From positions 108,811 to 172,810 of the forward strand of contig NMRA01000737.1 of the NCBI GenBank assembly GCA_002633005.1: DNA of 64,000 nucleotides. Direction: 5' to 3'. The position numbers and the translations under genes are program-made. Below are positions 52,030-64,000 of the stretch, one piece after another. The stretch is from Phoronis australis. Its lineage: Eukaryota > Animalia > Phoronida. The notes under the pieces were generated by a model. It was not told where the DNA came from. It saw only the letters and a program-made list of their open reading frames with translations, and did not search any database. Positions within the stretch are counted from its first letter, which is position 1, and each line of letters starts with the position of its first letter.

Positions 52030-53745
52030 TAGGTCCAAAACACGTTGGAGTCGGCAGAGTTTCCGGAAGATGAACCAGTTGGATGGGAACAGAAAAGAGC
52101 GAATCCTAGTCGGCGCAGTCATCGAGTCTGAGGCGAAGATGGTCGTCGCGTCACATCAGGGTGCAGCTCAAAGAGGCACATGAGGGCTTGTTGGACTGCT
52201 CGAGCTCCATACGTGACCTGCTCGTGTAGACATCATGGCAGCCACGCCCTTCTGCTAGTGTCAGTTCATTCTGGCAGATCAGATATCCCCCGCCAGCTCG
52301 GTTGGTATCCTTACAGAAGGAGATGTCAGTGGCCACTATAAAGGCATCATCCTCACTTAGTCCACTGGGCAATTAGCGACACACCGCTTTAGCGGCGCCC
52401 TGGGGCAAATTGCTACACCCTCTGTCGAAGACTGCCACAACTGTTGGCTCTTATCCGTAGTTTTGCAATTTTAATTTTAATTTTTAAAAAAAGTTACGCT
52501 GAATGAGCACCTGGATAATTTCCGTCGCACTAAAGATGTGAGAGGGTGTTGGAGCAAGTTCCTGAGGGGAGCTCTCGCCTGTGGGGTAATATCTTCATGA
52601 TGAACGTATGGACAGTACGATCCTGAACTTGGATGGCTTTTGTTGCTACAACTGCCTGCCCTAGGGCCTGGCAGTCAGCAATGCTAGGCACGTATTAGGT
52701 GACGCAATGCAGCTACTGGAGTTGGCATGGGACACGGTAGCCCATGCGCTGTAGTCGTTCAAGTCTACCGTGCTGCTTTTGGCTAACGGGGACCATGGGA
52801 AGGGCGCAATCTACCACAGACCATGTAAGACTCATGAAGAACATTACAATGTGCCCTCCTCTGTCTTCCTGCCAGCTGCGACATGAAGAGCATGGATCCC
52901 TTGGCTCGCTCGAATGATGACCTTGTTCACGTGCTCAGTGAAATTGAGATGACGGTCGAGGAAAACACCCAGGTGTCTGAGTGTCTGATACGACACAACT
53001 GGAATGTCATCGTAAACAGGGCGAGGGGTATCTTGAGCTCTGAGACGATTGTCCAGGGTGCACAGCAAAGTTTCACATTTCTCACCATTGCAACTTGTAC
53101 ATGTACAATAGCTGGAGCAGTAGTTCTTGACATCGGTCAGCATTGGTTGAGTCCTCTCAATGAGTTGTTGGGGGTAACTGCCTACCGCGCATGTGATGAT
53201 GTCATCGACGGAGGTCCTGAGCCTACAGTCCACGTGGCTGATGCGAGTCAAGGGCAGAGGAGATCCTTGGGGAAGGCTGGTGCTGACGCTGATCGCGTCT
53301 GTGCGCCAGGCACCATGTTCTAGCATGTGTCTCCTCGTACTCAGGTTAGTCATCACCCAGCGAACGAAGGAAGAACAGCTGCCAAAGTGTAACATGCCAT
53401 CAGCAAGAAAAGGGAGACAGAGTTGTAGCCATTCTCAAGTTCCAGTTCCACAAGCAGGATATTCTGATGGTTTTCAAACCTTCCCAGATATCTGCTGCCA
53501 GAGATATTACATAAGCCCAAATATCGCGTTGGGGGCGGTATGCCCTCATGCCACTAAGGAGCTAGGCCTCCATCAGTCTTTTGATTTGGTGAGCGACTAG
53601 TTTCTCCGGGATCTTTCCCACAAGGTTTTGCATGACGATGACGCGATGCCTTTTCAGCAGCTTGTGGTCTTTTCCTGGTTTGGGAACATGTGTTAAGAAT
53701 GCGTCGGTCCACACGCTTGACTGCCAGCTCTTTCTGTACGACTTG
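52030..53745 (-). mobile_element. Decayed non-LTR retrotransposon with reverse transcriptase and RNase H remnants
   Basis: RT motifs VPKPGKD..HRVIVMQNLVGKIPEKLV, LPQGSPL, SVDDI and LRHLGVFLDRHLNFTEHV; RNase H motifs IVATDIS..AGGG, RMELE(A)VQQAL and IFASDS; multiple frameshifts and stops. Confidence 0.88.
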
Positions 53746-55925
53746 GTGTTTAGTTCGTCGCCTTCACGACTTAAATAGAATAAAATTTCTACACTTCCAC
53801 GACCATACACCTCGACAGTTTCCGACATGACCAATGAAAATATGGCTGACATTCCAAGACGAGGTCAATGAAAACAACGCACTTTTATACCTCCGGAGCA
53901 AAAGAGAGCTCTATTGTTGTGTAATCCGGGATGTCGGAGTTCGGCGTAAATAAACAGAAGCTGTGTTTACACCACCTATTTGCTGTTGTAAAACGTGCGT
54001 AATTTCTCAACAAGAGCAACGCAAAGCATTGAATGTGTTCACGAGTACATCTCATGTTTATAGGGGCGTTTTTAAATTTCATAAAAACTGGGCACTGGAC
54101 TGATGAGAATATGTCAAACCCATTCAAGGACTACGGGATGTACATGTAGTTGTAGTCGAATTCTCCCAAAAGATGTCTTATGTTGCCACTGGAATAAGCT
54201 CATCAAATTTTGCAAAGATCCTACAAGAGATTTAGGAGATACAGCTGGGGTACGAAAATATAATATCTACTAACGTGCGCCACACGTCTCAAAATCAACA
54301 TTAAGTCGAGTTGTTGTCATTAGGAAACACCTGCCAATTTTTAATGATCCTTTGAACACTTTGACGGATGGAGAGGCTGACACCAAGAAAAAACAGACTC
54401 GAAAATTAAAAAATGGCCTCTCTACGTGGCAGAGGATACCTCTAGTCCGTAGGGGAATAGAAAAGTGATGTCGTCTCCTTAATAGCAATGTATTTGTCAA
54501 ATTCCACGAAAGTCCGTTTCATCGACTGACAGACGACAACGAAAGAATTACCAATTCATTTGTCTGCTGGTAATAACGTGCGGCGCATAAGTCAATATCG
54601 TCTGCACTTATTTGACTTCACCGAGTCAACCGGCTAAGACGCCTGATTAGACAATAAGCCGATAGAACCAATGGAATGTCTTGTCCGGTTGACTTACCGG
54701 AGACAGCGAAATTGATCAAGTGCAGACAATGTTGTGAGTGAGTGGGCGGAGTGCTCTTTAAGTGCTATCCTAGTTTTATGAAAGTGGGCACTTAATACAA
54801 AATTGAGAAATCTCCCTGCGTCTTTGCCTTCAAGACTGAGTGTAGTGGAGACAGAAAGCAATCTATTCCCAAAGGCAAACAAAATCTCTCGTGTCTTTAT
54901 ATGGAGACACTTTCTTCTCTCTGAAACATAAAAATCCCCTCTGCAAAGTAAACATGCCATGAATGAAAATCTAATGCAAGCAAGAAAGTGTGGCAAGAAA
55001 AAAATCTAAATGACCCATTCTTCCTGCTATTCGAAAGCACTAAACCACGAAGAGACAAACGTGCAGAAAGTATTTTTACCGGGAAACGAAGACAAAAAAC
55101 CCACAAGAACCTGCCCTGTGAGGTAATTTACGTTCGTTTTGTGTACTACTCAATTCTTCAAGCTCTATTAATTATGATGAATAAGTGTAGTATGTCACTC
55201 CACAATAAATAGGTCAACGTTTTAAGGTATGTAGAACGCTACTTAGGAAATATTGTCTTGAGACATCGCGTTTCACTTAATGACGAGCTTAAAAATTCTT
55301 ATTTAAATCCGGCACGTTAAAGAGGCATGGGAGACGAAAGCTCGTGAAAAATCACAAATTTGACATAAGGGCTTAGGAAAAACTCTGTAGTCATCGCAGA
55401 GTTCAAAATCTCTTTCACAGTTCTGATAAATGCACGCATGCGCTCAAAGTCATTGACAAACAGCTGACTGACGAGATGGATTTCAACAGCAGATTATGAT
55501 GTGAGGTCGACAGTACAGTATGAGGCAAGCCAGTGAAGCAAGCGATTTCTCAAAAGGAATCTAAATGCATTTTAAAATATATGTGAATACAACGATACCT
55601 TAACAAAATTTAAACATTTAAGACTTACATTAATTGCTTCTTAATCGGACTGGCTGCTGTTTGAAGTTGCCATTGTTTTGTTTACAGCAAAGGTCAAAGG
55701 TCACATTCTCCATATAAGGGGAAAATATGTCACATAAACACCGTATTGTGCAATACTTTTTTTTAGTGTTTTATGTGCACTAAAACATTTTTAACTTACT
55801 TTGACAAACACAGGGACAATGTTTTTACATTTGATGTTACTACATGTACAGTGTATTCAATTCTCAATATACGTTCCAAGGTAAGTTGATATATGCTTTC
55901 ACGTGTTCATCAACATAACTGTTTA

Positions 55926-56817
55926 CAGTGGCGGATCTAGGATATCACAAGGGGGGGGCCCAACATTTTGTCCGGCTGGAAGCATTTGCGCAAACTGAAC
56001 CACGATTGTAGATGCGCATAGCACCGAATGGGGGGAGGTCGGGAGGNNNNNNNNNNNNNNNNNNNNNNNNNNNNNNNNNNNNNNNNNNNNNNNNNNNNNN
56101 NNNNNNNNNNNNNNNNNNNNNNNNNNNNNNNNNNNNNNNNNNNNNNNNNNNNNNNNNNNNNNNNNNNNNNNNNNNNNNNNNNNNNNNNNNNNNNNNNNNN
56201 NNNNNNNNNNNNNNNNNNNNNNNNNNNNNNNNNNNNNNNNNNNNNNNNNNNNNNNNNNNNNNNNNNNNNNNNNNNNNNNNNNNNNNNNNNNNNNNNNNNN
56301 NNNNNNNNNNNNNNNNNNNNNNNNNNNNNNNNNNNNNNNNNNNNNNNNNNNNNNNNNNNNNNNNNNNNNNNNNNNNNNNNNNNNNNNNNNNNNNNNNNNN
56401 NNNNNNNNNNNNNNNNNNNNNNNNNNNNNNNNNNNNNNNNNNNNNNNNNNNNNNNNNNNNNNNNNNNNNNNNNNNNNNNNNNNNNNNNNNNNNNNNNNNN
56501 NNNNNNNNNNNNNNNNNNNNNNNNNNNNNNNNNNNNNNNNNNNNNNNNNNNNNNNNNNNNNNNNNNNNNNNNNNNNNNNNNNNNNNNNNNNNNNNNNNNN
56601 NNNNNNNNNNNNNNNNNNNNNNNNNNNNNNNNNNNNNNNNNNNNNNNNNNNNNNNNNNNNNNNNNNNNNNNNNNNNNNNNNNNNNNNNNNNNNNNNNNNN
56701 NNNNNNNNNNNNNNNNNNNNNNNNNNNNNNNNNNNNNNNNNNNNNNNNNNNNNNNNNNNNNNNNNNNNNNNNNNNNNNNNNNNNNNNNNNNNNNNCCCCC
56801 CCCTAAATCCGCCTATG
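55926..56817. mobile_element. hAT-like MITE spanning the assembly gap
   Basis: CAGTGGCGGATCTAGG before the gap and CCTAAATCCGCCTATG after it; similar flanks CTGTTTA/CTGTTAC. Confidence 0.6.
56047..56795. other. Assembly gap (N run)
   Basis: 749 consecutive N. Confidence 1.
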
Positions 56818-56955
56818 CTGTTACGAGCTCACAATTGTGTTCAATGCTTCATTGTTTTAGTATTCCTATGGGCCAAGGGGGCCTTGTCATCGTTTGGTTT
56901 TTGGAGAGGTCAATGGTGTTCCGCCCGAATATTCATTGCGTTTCGCTACTGTAAG

Positions 56956-58014
56956 TTAGAAATGACTGCAGCACTCTAAAGGCGGTACACATGGCTCCGG
57001 TTTTTGACCATTGTACAGTGTCGACATGTTGTGATTGTTACGGGAAGAAGAAGCATCAAGTTTCGATGACGTCGGATAGATGGCGTTGATGGAATCGTTT
57101 CGGTATGCCTTATTCCAGAAACAAAGCACGTGCATGTATCCTTTACGAAACTGCTGAGACCTGAGTCCATAGATGAAACTGTTGAGACAAGAGTAAGAGA
57201 AGCCAATCCACATAATGATTCTGTGAGCAACACGCGGCCAGTGGCCTTTGGGGTCAGCAACTACGCGCACGAGGAGTGGCGTCCAGGAAATGATATAGAG
57301 TGAGAAGACGAGAAATAAAGTCTTGACAGCTTCCTTCTTGTACAGAACTTGTCCGATGGCAAATGTTGGGGTTTTGCGAATTTTGACGTAAATTCGAAAG
57401 TAGAAGACACTAGTTAGCAATGACGGTATTAGGATGAAGCTAATTGCTATCACGGAGCTCGTGGTGTTAAATGTTTTGCTTTTCTCACTCAGTCCGCACG
57501 ACTGGTCTTTTTTGTTCTTCCCGAAGTTCACCAGGGTTAAAATAGTGGCAAAGACTGCGAACGCATGAAGCCCAACGATCATGCAGAACGTCCGCATCTT
57601 AGAAAACAAAGTTCTGTAGAGATTGTGGTGACAAATGTTGATGAAGCGATTGAAAGCAATAAGGGGCATGCTGTAGGCGGACAGGGCAATGCTGAAGCGT
57701 TGTACAGAGTCTGCGACAGCACATAACGCCCTCTCACCCAGAATGTCGTAATTAGACAACGCATTTCCCAATAAAATTGGCAACACAAATCCTGACATGA
57801 GGAGATCGGACAACGCCAGGTTTATTATTAGCGCGTTGCCAACTTTTTTGCGAACTTCCTTTTGAATCAAAATTGCAAATATTATAAGGAGGTTGCCCAC
57901 AGTTCCTATGAGGATGTAAACGGAGACGATTACGCATTCTGCGATGATGAGTTCCTTATCGAGTTCCTGAATAACGACTGTTCTATTTCGAATAGTAGCT
58001 AAAGAGGAATTCAT
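56956..58014 (-). CDS. Class A (rhodopsin-like) GPCR, melatonin-receptor-like, 352 aa, intronless CDS
   Basis: Seven hydrophobic segments; GN (TM1), NLALSD (TM2), C at the top of TM3, IAFNRFINICH (NRY-type), SWTP (TM6), SCLNSFIYGLRSQQFRKGY (cf. melatonin receptor SCLNAIIYGLLNQNFRKEY); N-terminal NxS/T sites. Confidence 0.93.
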   Translation of the reverse strand: MNSSLATIRNRTVVIQELDKELIIAECVIVSVYILIGTVGNLLIIFAILIQKEVRKKVGNALIINLALSDLLMSGFVLPILLGNALSNYDILGERALCAVADSVQRFSIALSAYSMPLIAFNRFINICHHNLYRTLFSKMRTFCMIVGLHAFAVFATILTLVNFGKNKKDQSCGLSEKSKTFNTTSSVIAISFILIPSLLTSVFYFRIYVKIRKTPTFAIGQVLYKKEAVKTLFLVFSLYIISWTPLLVRVVADPKGHWPRVAHRIIMWIGFSYSCLNSFIYGLRSQQFRKGYMHVLCFWNKAYRNDSINAIYPTSSKLDASSSRNNHNMSTLYNGQKPEPCVPPLECCSHF

Positions 58015-58036
58015 GTTGAGAACGAAACGAAGAATC

Positions 58037-60398
58037 CTGCAAAGAGAAACGAGACCTCGATTTAACTACAATGGGCGAAATTTGTGACGAGACACTGAAG
58101 TTGCACAATGGGTGAGAAAAAGGTTTTAAGTCGATGAACCCCTAGACACAACTGGTCTTACAGTCCCAGTGCTTTGATAGCAGAGGTAAACTTGATTTGG
58201 TAAATCTAGCAAAGTATTACTGACAGGCAAGGGCAAGAATAACTTATTGTTAAGATAATAACAAAAACAAAAACAAAAACAACAGATTTTGTTGTTTGAA
58301 ATCTCTCACCAAAGTATCATTGTGAGTAAGTTACTTTAAAGGGACCTTATCGGTTTTACGGTCAAAAATGCATTTTTGGAATTATTGTTTGATGGGTTAT
58401 AGACTTCTTGGAATTTATTAGCTGTGACCACCAAAGTTTTCTAAGATCCTTTAAGTAACAGAGTAACTGTCTCTGAGTAATTTTAAAAATTAATCGGAGA
58501 CTTATTTCCAACTTTAATTCAATCAGAGAATACTGGGGGAAAGGTGACCACCAATTTCACTAAAATCCCTTCAAGACGTATCAGACTCGAAACCTATTCT
58601 CCAATTTCTGTGGAAGTCTTTGACGTGATAAAACAAGAAAAGTAAATATTACGCAAATTTTGAAACCTAGACCCTCTACAGTTTACTCAACGAATTTGAA
58701 GTTTTCCAGTGAATGTGTGAACATGTTAGTTGTCGTCTGCGAAGTTTTCGAGATGCAATTTGGATAAATACATACTCGCAGTATATAGTTATGAAGTGCA
58801 CAAAATTTGAGTTTGTTTTGGTGGTCTCCCAAGCACGAGAAATTACTGAGTCTGGACATTTTTTAATTTCGAGTAGTAAAAGGGACTGAGTAAAGTTTGG
58901 TGGTCGTGGGTCCAAAACAAAATTCTTTGGTTTTATGATCATACAACTTAATGGCCAATTTTCGCCGCGGTCTACGCGGCAGACATTCAGTGAGAACAAG
59001 GCCGGTGACTTGACCTGCTAAATGCGCGTAAAATATGACCATCAGTGTGGTTAAGCTTCGCCAGCAAAGCCTTAGAATGCTACGGCCGTACTAGAAAATG
59101 GAAGGATTCCGCATTAAGGATGATCTCAGAAAACCACTTTTCTCGGCGACATTACACTTTTAATAAACACTTCCTTTCTAGCTATTTTCCACAATTATCT
59201 CCCTGTCTAGCCGATGCCATTTACTTGACTCGCAGAAATGCGTAGGCCAGACTTAATAGATCCATTACAAATTGCACACCCGTGTATACAGCACACATCA
59301 CGAATTTTTGGCCGCCCGGTCGGAAATTGGTCGACGCTAGGCGACCACTTAGCCGACTCAAGTGCCGACCACAGAGGCGACTCAGTAGACGGCTCCTAGC
59401 CGACCGTTGTTGGTCGGCTGCTGGTCGGCTAGACGACCGGTCGACGGCCGGTCGTCGACCAATTTCCGACCGGTCGGCCAAAAATTCGTGATGTGTGCTG
59501 TAGTAGTGACGTGCTTTTCATCACAATGCATGCGACACTTGAATTAAAATGTACACGTGCGGTTACGTCGTAATTACAATTAATTAAAGCGATAATTACC
59601 CGAAGCGCCAAGAAACAATTTTCACAAAGAAATTCTTAGTTGGATTTTTATCCTCGTACTAAGAAAATCCCGCTGAAATGCTATTTCAGGGCCTTCGAAA
59701 ACTGTGGTTGTGTCTCCGCTTTCGACATCCTAGATTCACCTGTGAAAATAAATATATTTTGGAGAAAAGTGACCCAGTCAAAACAAGCCCCATGTGCTAT
59801 ATTGTTGACGCACGCCTAAAACTAACAGGTCTGGTGAAATATCAATAATTGGGATGTTATAACAAGTAGGCAGCATTGATATTAGTGTGCATTTCGTGTT
59901 CGCCCTGCTATTTCGACCATAGATTATAGACAACAGATTCGCAACTCCGATATTTTCTTGCGTAATATCCTAAAGGAGGCGCCACTCTCCTAAATTATCC
60001 GTTGCAGTTTCCGGTTAGTGTGTTTAGACGACACAACAGCCAACCATGATTAGCAGATGACGTACTTGCCGGAAATTACACCAGGTAATTTGGCCAGGTG
60101 TTGCTGGTTAATAATGACGTCATTGCCTCTGTAAGAGCACAGATTTCTTCCTTTGAAAGTAATATACGGAGTTGGCGGTCCACGTACTATAGTCTATGGT
60201 TCAACGGAATGCTTCTTTTTAAGTGTACCCTGCCCATATGCAATTTTCATTCCGAAATTGTACGGGATTTTTGGTCTAAGAATTGTTCCACTGACAAAAT
60301 GGCTGAATTTCTTGTCGTTTTAGCCAATACGTAAGCGAAAAAACGACACAATTGTCTTCTGCATCAAGCGGAGTTTTTCCACTTTTTCAGTAACTCAC
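58037..60398 (-). other. Probable 5'-UTR intron of the GPCR
   Basis: Strong acceptor GTTTCTCTTTGCAG 22 nt before the ATG and a consensus donor AG|GTGAGT at 60399/60398; pairing of the two sites is inferred. Confidence 0.5.
59289..59500. mobile_element. GC-rich palindromic MITE, TA TSD (Tc1/mariner-like)
   Basis: TA|CAGCACACATCACGAATTTTTGGCCG(C/A)CCGGTCGGAAATTGGTCGACG...inverse|TA; ~49-bp TIR with one mismatch; internal CCGAC/GTCGG repeats. Confidence 0.9.
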
Positions 60399-61182
60399 CT
60401 CCTACTGACTTTCCTGCTATTAGTTCTGCACTCACATTACTTATCAAGGGTGATTTGTGTTGTCTGGTACTGTAGCTATACTTGGGGAAGAACGTTCTTC
60501 AAAACATAGGCCTACACATAAATATCTTAGGTTTTTAGTGTAACCGCTATCACCAAAGATAAGCGCCATCCAGTGGTAGTAGTGGAATTTGCTAGATTTG
60601 AGCTTTCAGAATATCCACTAAATCTGACTTTGTGCTGGTACTTAGTTCACAAGTCTTTCACAGTGAAGGCGGGCACGACTGATTCTCACATGTGCAAGTA
60701 AAAACATCTTTCAGATCTAGATTTGACAACAGATGAAAAGGCAGGTAAATACCTGTCAATGTAAATTGGTTTCAGATTAATTGTTTGATGTCCGCGGCCA
60801 CATTTGAAGAAGTCTCTATCATTAATTTAATGGCCTTGTAGAAGTTTATGTTGTTTGCAGTTTATGCATTAATACGTTGAACTTAGTTTTTCCTCCCTCG
60901 TTAAGTGTGGGGTTCTATTAAAGTAAACACGTGCGTTATCAAGACCAATATCATAATGGGCGATAGAACCACAGCGAAAAACAGCGATGTTGTCGTGAGT
61001 CTTGTGTCCTTCAATGCGTAAATGGAGTCGGCGAATAGTAACACCAACAAAAATTAATTGCAACCAGAGCAATTAATTTTACACACGACATTCCTAGTAT
61101 CTAACTAAGAAATTTTACATTTAGGTTTGGACAGTTTGCTAGAAAGTTTGTCAGTAACGCAGATGACATTTATGTATATATG

Positions 61183-61229
61183 AGTGTGTGTGCGTGTGCG
61201 TGTGCGCGTGTGTGTGTGTGTGTGTGTGT
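61183..61229. repeat. (TG)n/(TGCG)n microsatellite
   Basis: Direct reading of the sequence. Confidence 0.95.
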
Positions 61230-62223
61230 ACTCAAGTGCAAGTTTTTTGTTTTCTTTTATTGCTTTCCTCGAGATCTAAAACCAGGACTAAAGACCAAAA
61301 GCAACTGACCTCAAAATTAACATAAGCAATCACAATTAGATACTGGTCAGCTTTCAACAAGAGTCGTAAGCTATCGTAATTCACGTATGTCATTCTATGT
61401 ATTACGACGATCCCTGAATTTCTACGCGTAGCTTTCTATGCCAGAAGCCTTTCAAGTACACTTTACACGAAGTCGGTCTATATAACCGGAAATTACAGTG
61501 TCCATTCATGTTGTTGGCGGTGCGTGGTTATCCAGTTTAAAGACATGTACAATCTTTTTCGCGACATCAGTGCTTGGGGTTAACCGAGCATACATTTACG
61601 TACGAGTAAAGTCGAAAATGAAAACAAGCCGTGCAGGGTGTTTCTCAGAGAAGCATAATAAAATCGTAACTCTTACGTCATCGTCGACCTATGGACCATT
61701 TTTCAACGGTAAACATGTCACTTTGGGGGAAAGTCGTACATTTAAACATTACCGTCATCTCTCTTGGGACTCTATTTCATCAGTGTTCACCAGCGACAAG
61801 AGGTACATCTAGTGAGTCTGAGATACGTAGAACGATAATTATTGAGTAGGTATGGAAAGGCAGAGGGGATTGCATGAACAAATGGGTGTCGACGGGACAA
61901 GATAAAGGCTTATTGGAATGGACAGGGGACCATGCTTTCCTTGGGCCCCTGTCGCTACGCAATTGGGTTTCTCGTACTTTGTCAATTTCTTTGAAGAGCC
62001 TAGAAGTGTGCTCACTGAGTTGTTCACAGGTGGAACAGGAGGGGTAAACAATTGGACTATTCGACGCGGTGTGGCTGCTGTACTAGTGGTGATTGAATTG
62101 CGCATGCGTCGCTGTCTGCATGTAAACAGCTGGTAAAAAGACGGAATTGGTATCAACTGAAAATACATCGACGCGCAAAGCCTTATTATTGCTATTTTCC
62201 CGTGCAAATCTTCGACAGGTGAT

Positions 62224-62368
62224 CACATATTCCCAAAAGAACTAAGTTTACTACAGAGGTGGAGAATTGCGGTCAAAAGGGTCAACCAAGTGACAAAAAA
62301 TGTGTGGATCGAAGCCGAAGCCTCACGCCCCGTGTGTGTGCTCTATGCATTTCCATTGAGAGACTACA
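62224..62368 (+). pseudogene. THAP domain remnant
   Basis: HIFPKELSLLQRWRIAVKRVNQVTKNVW...SR, then VCSMHF in a shifted frame and DY: FPK, W..AVKR, W and VCSxHF motifs. Confidence 0.75.
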
Positions 62369-62477
62369 TAATCACGTTACTTGGAACGTTTTTAGCAATT
62401 AAGTTTCTATGGACATCGCTCAGTGATGTTAAACCCACATGTTACCCCACTGAATAACGGGTTTATTCAGTGGAACT

Positions 62478-62626
62478 CAGTGGCGGACTTAGAGGGGGGC
62501 CAAGGGGCCATGTCCCCCCTAAAATTCTCCAAGATTCCATTTGGCAGTTCGTGGGTGCGAATGTCTGACGGCTAATACTTTGCCCTGCCCTGTCCCCCCT
62601 AACTCAAAATCCTGGATCCGCCCCTG
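62478..62626. mobile_element. 149-bp MITE with a perfect 5-bp TSD (hAT5-like)
   Basis: GAACT|CAGTGGCGGA...TCCGCCCCTG|GAACT; same family as 1156-1300. Confidence 0.88.
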
Positions 62627-64000
62627 GAACTACTGTGTTTATCTTTAGAAACTCACCCGGTACCCGGATGGTAGGCTAGCAGCACATATCCACACATTGC
62701 CCTGGGTGGGACTGCTCCCAAGATAAGAGGTGTATGGGACGTGCCGCTCAGAAGTCAAGGGTGACTTTTTCACAGCAGTTACTTTACAAAACTATGCTAT
62801 GTCCAATAAAATTCTCTAGATGGGTGAGTTTCCTTATTTTATAGCGCAACCCACCTTCAGGAATACCAGATTATAATTACCCAATTTTAATTTTAATGTT
62901 AAAACATGATTGAGCTATTCTGACAGTAAATACGTAACATTGCATTGGAATAAATATTGACACCTAGAATGAATTTTATTTGTTGAGATTAGAAACAAAT
63001 TTCAGGTGTCATGAAAAATACACATTGTTAAGTCACTTTTTGCCTGTTTCTCATATTTTAATTAAGATCTTAAATAAGGCTTAGATACTAATATTATTAG
63101 TTTCTGCATGTAAACATGAAGATGAAATGTCAAGTATGTTCTGCCTTACAAAAGTAGCTTTGACTTGTGTTTTCTTTTATAATTGGCTAATATTTCTCTG
63201 ACTATTCTGTTACAGGTGAGAGAAAATTACTGAAACCAGCCGCTTCACTGTCTATTTTACCTTTCGATAAAGTGAAAAATAATCCGTCAGCAATAACCTG
63301 AAGGAATTGAACCTCTCAATTCACAAAGTCAGCCCTTGCAGTGGAAAATTACATTTATTTTTACCAAATAATGTTGTTCCTTTGTATGCATGTGGTTGCT
63401 CAGTTTGCCATTTTGTTTTTAAATACACTGATTATCGTTTATTCTCAAATCTTGTACATAGCAGATTCTTATCCAGCTATCTACGATTGAAAACATACTT
63501 TGCTTGCAAGTGGAACTTTTGTTATAGACAGGTTAACACACAACTTAAAACTGTTCGAGGGCCTTCTTAAGAAAGCTCTAAAAATATTTCAACACATAAA
63601 AAAATCAAATGCAATCAAAGGGAATACTTCGTTTTGATCGCCGGTCATTTCTATAGGTCAACAAGAAAATGACAATTCGCAAGCATAACCGTAATCACTT
63701 CAGTTTTACAAAGACGCAGCACAACTGGACTGTATGGGGCTTTAAAACTGAAGAAATATTGTGGTTTAAATAATTTGTGACAAACTTGCCTGTCGATGAA
63801 AAATTTATTCGATCATCAAAGTGTAACATTAACGGGCTTTTTGCTGACAATAACGCAATCGATGCAGTACCTGTATGCCACTTCCGCATAATGCGTACAC
63901 AGTTGAAAAGTTTTTACCATAAGTATGTCAGACGATAGTCTGTGTGGGTTTGTTTAAAAGGTAGCTATGCTTTGAAGTTGTGCGTAGATGGAGAGTGAAT

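Noticed and set aside
52883-53600. Plus-strand ORFs of 146 and 135 aa
   Set aside because: Antisense shadows of the decayed RT.
56012-56954. Long ORFs of 264 and 308 aa in the ORF track
   Set aside because: They consist almost entirely of N-gap X residues.

Overview
AT-rich, repeat-dense animal genomic DNA, most consistent with a highly heterozygous marine invertebrate; it is not prokaryotic. It is a draft scaffold with single-N joins at 12208, 20564, 33186, 47848 and 48916 and a gap at 56047-56795. Three host genes are supported. Two are spliced, divergently oriented CTHRC1-like paralogs: copy A (minus strand, ~4744-15749) has an expanded ~31-triplet collagen exon, and copy B (plus strand, ~35548-40313) has no detectable collagen exon. 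The third is a melatonin-receptor-like class A GPCR with an intronless CDS (minus strand, 56956-58014). The rest is transposon debris: a Penelope-like GIY-YIG remnant with two hammerhead ribozyme motifs in inverted pseudo-LTRs, several Kolobok-type (TTAA/THAP/KolX) relics, a decayed RT+RNase H LINE, a tRNA-derived SINE and several MITEs with readable TSDs. Duplications next to the N joins look like uncollapsed haplotypes. The most interesting items are the Cys-reduced CTHRC1 subfamily with one long-collagen and one apparently collagen-less member, a TTAA-flanked element built from two inverted THAP-gene 5' ends, and two complementary Kolobok relics that together give a full element layout. All family calls come from reading motifs by eye; no database search was run.
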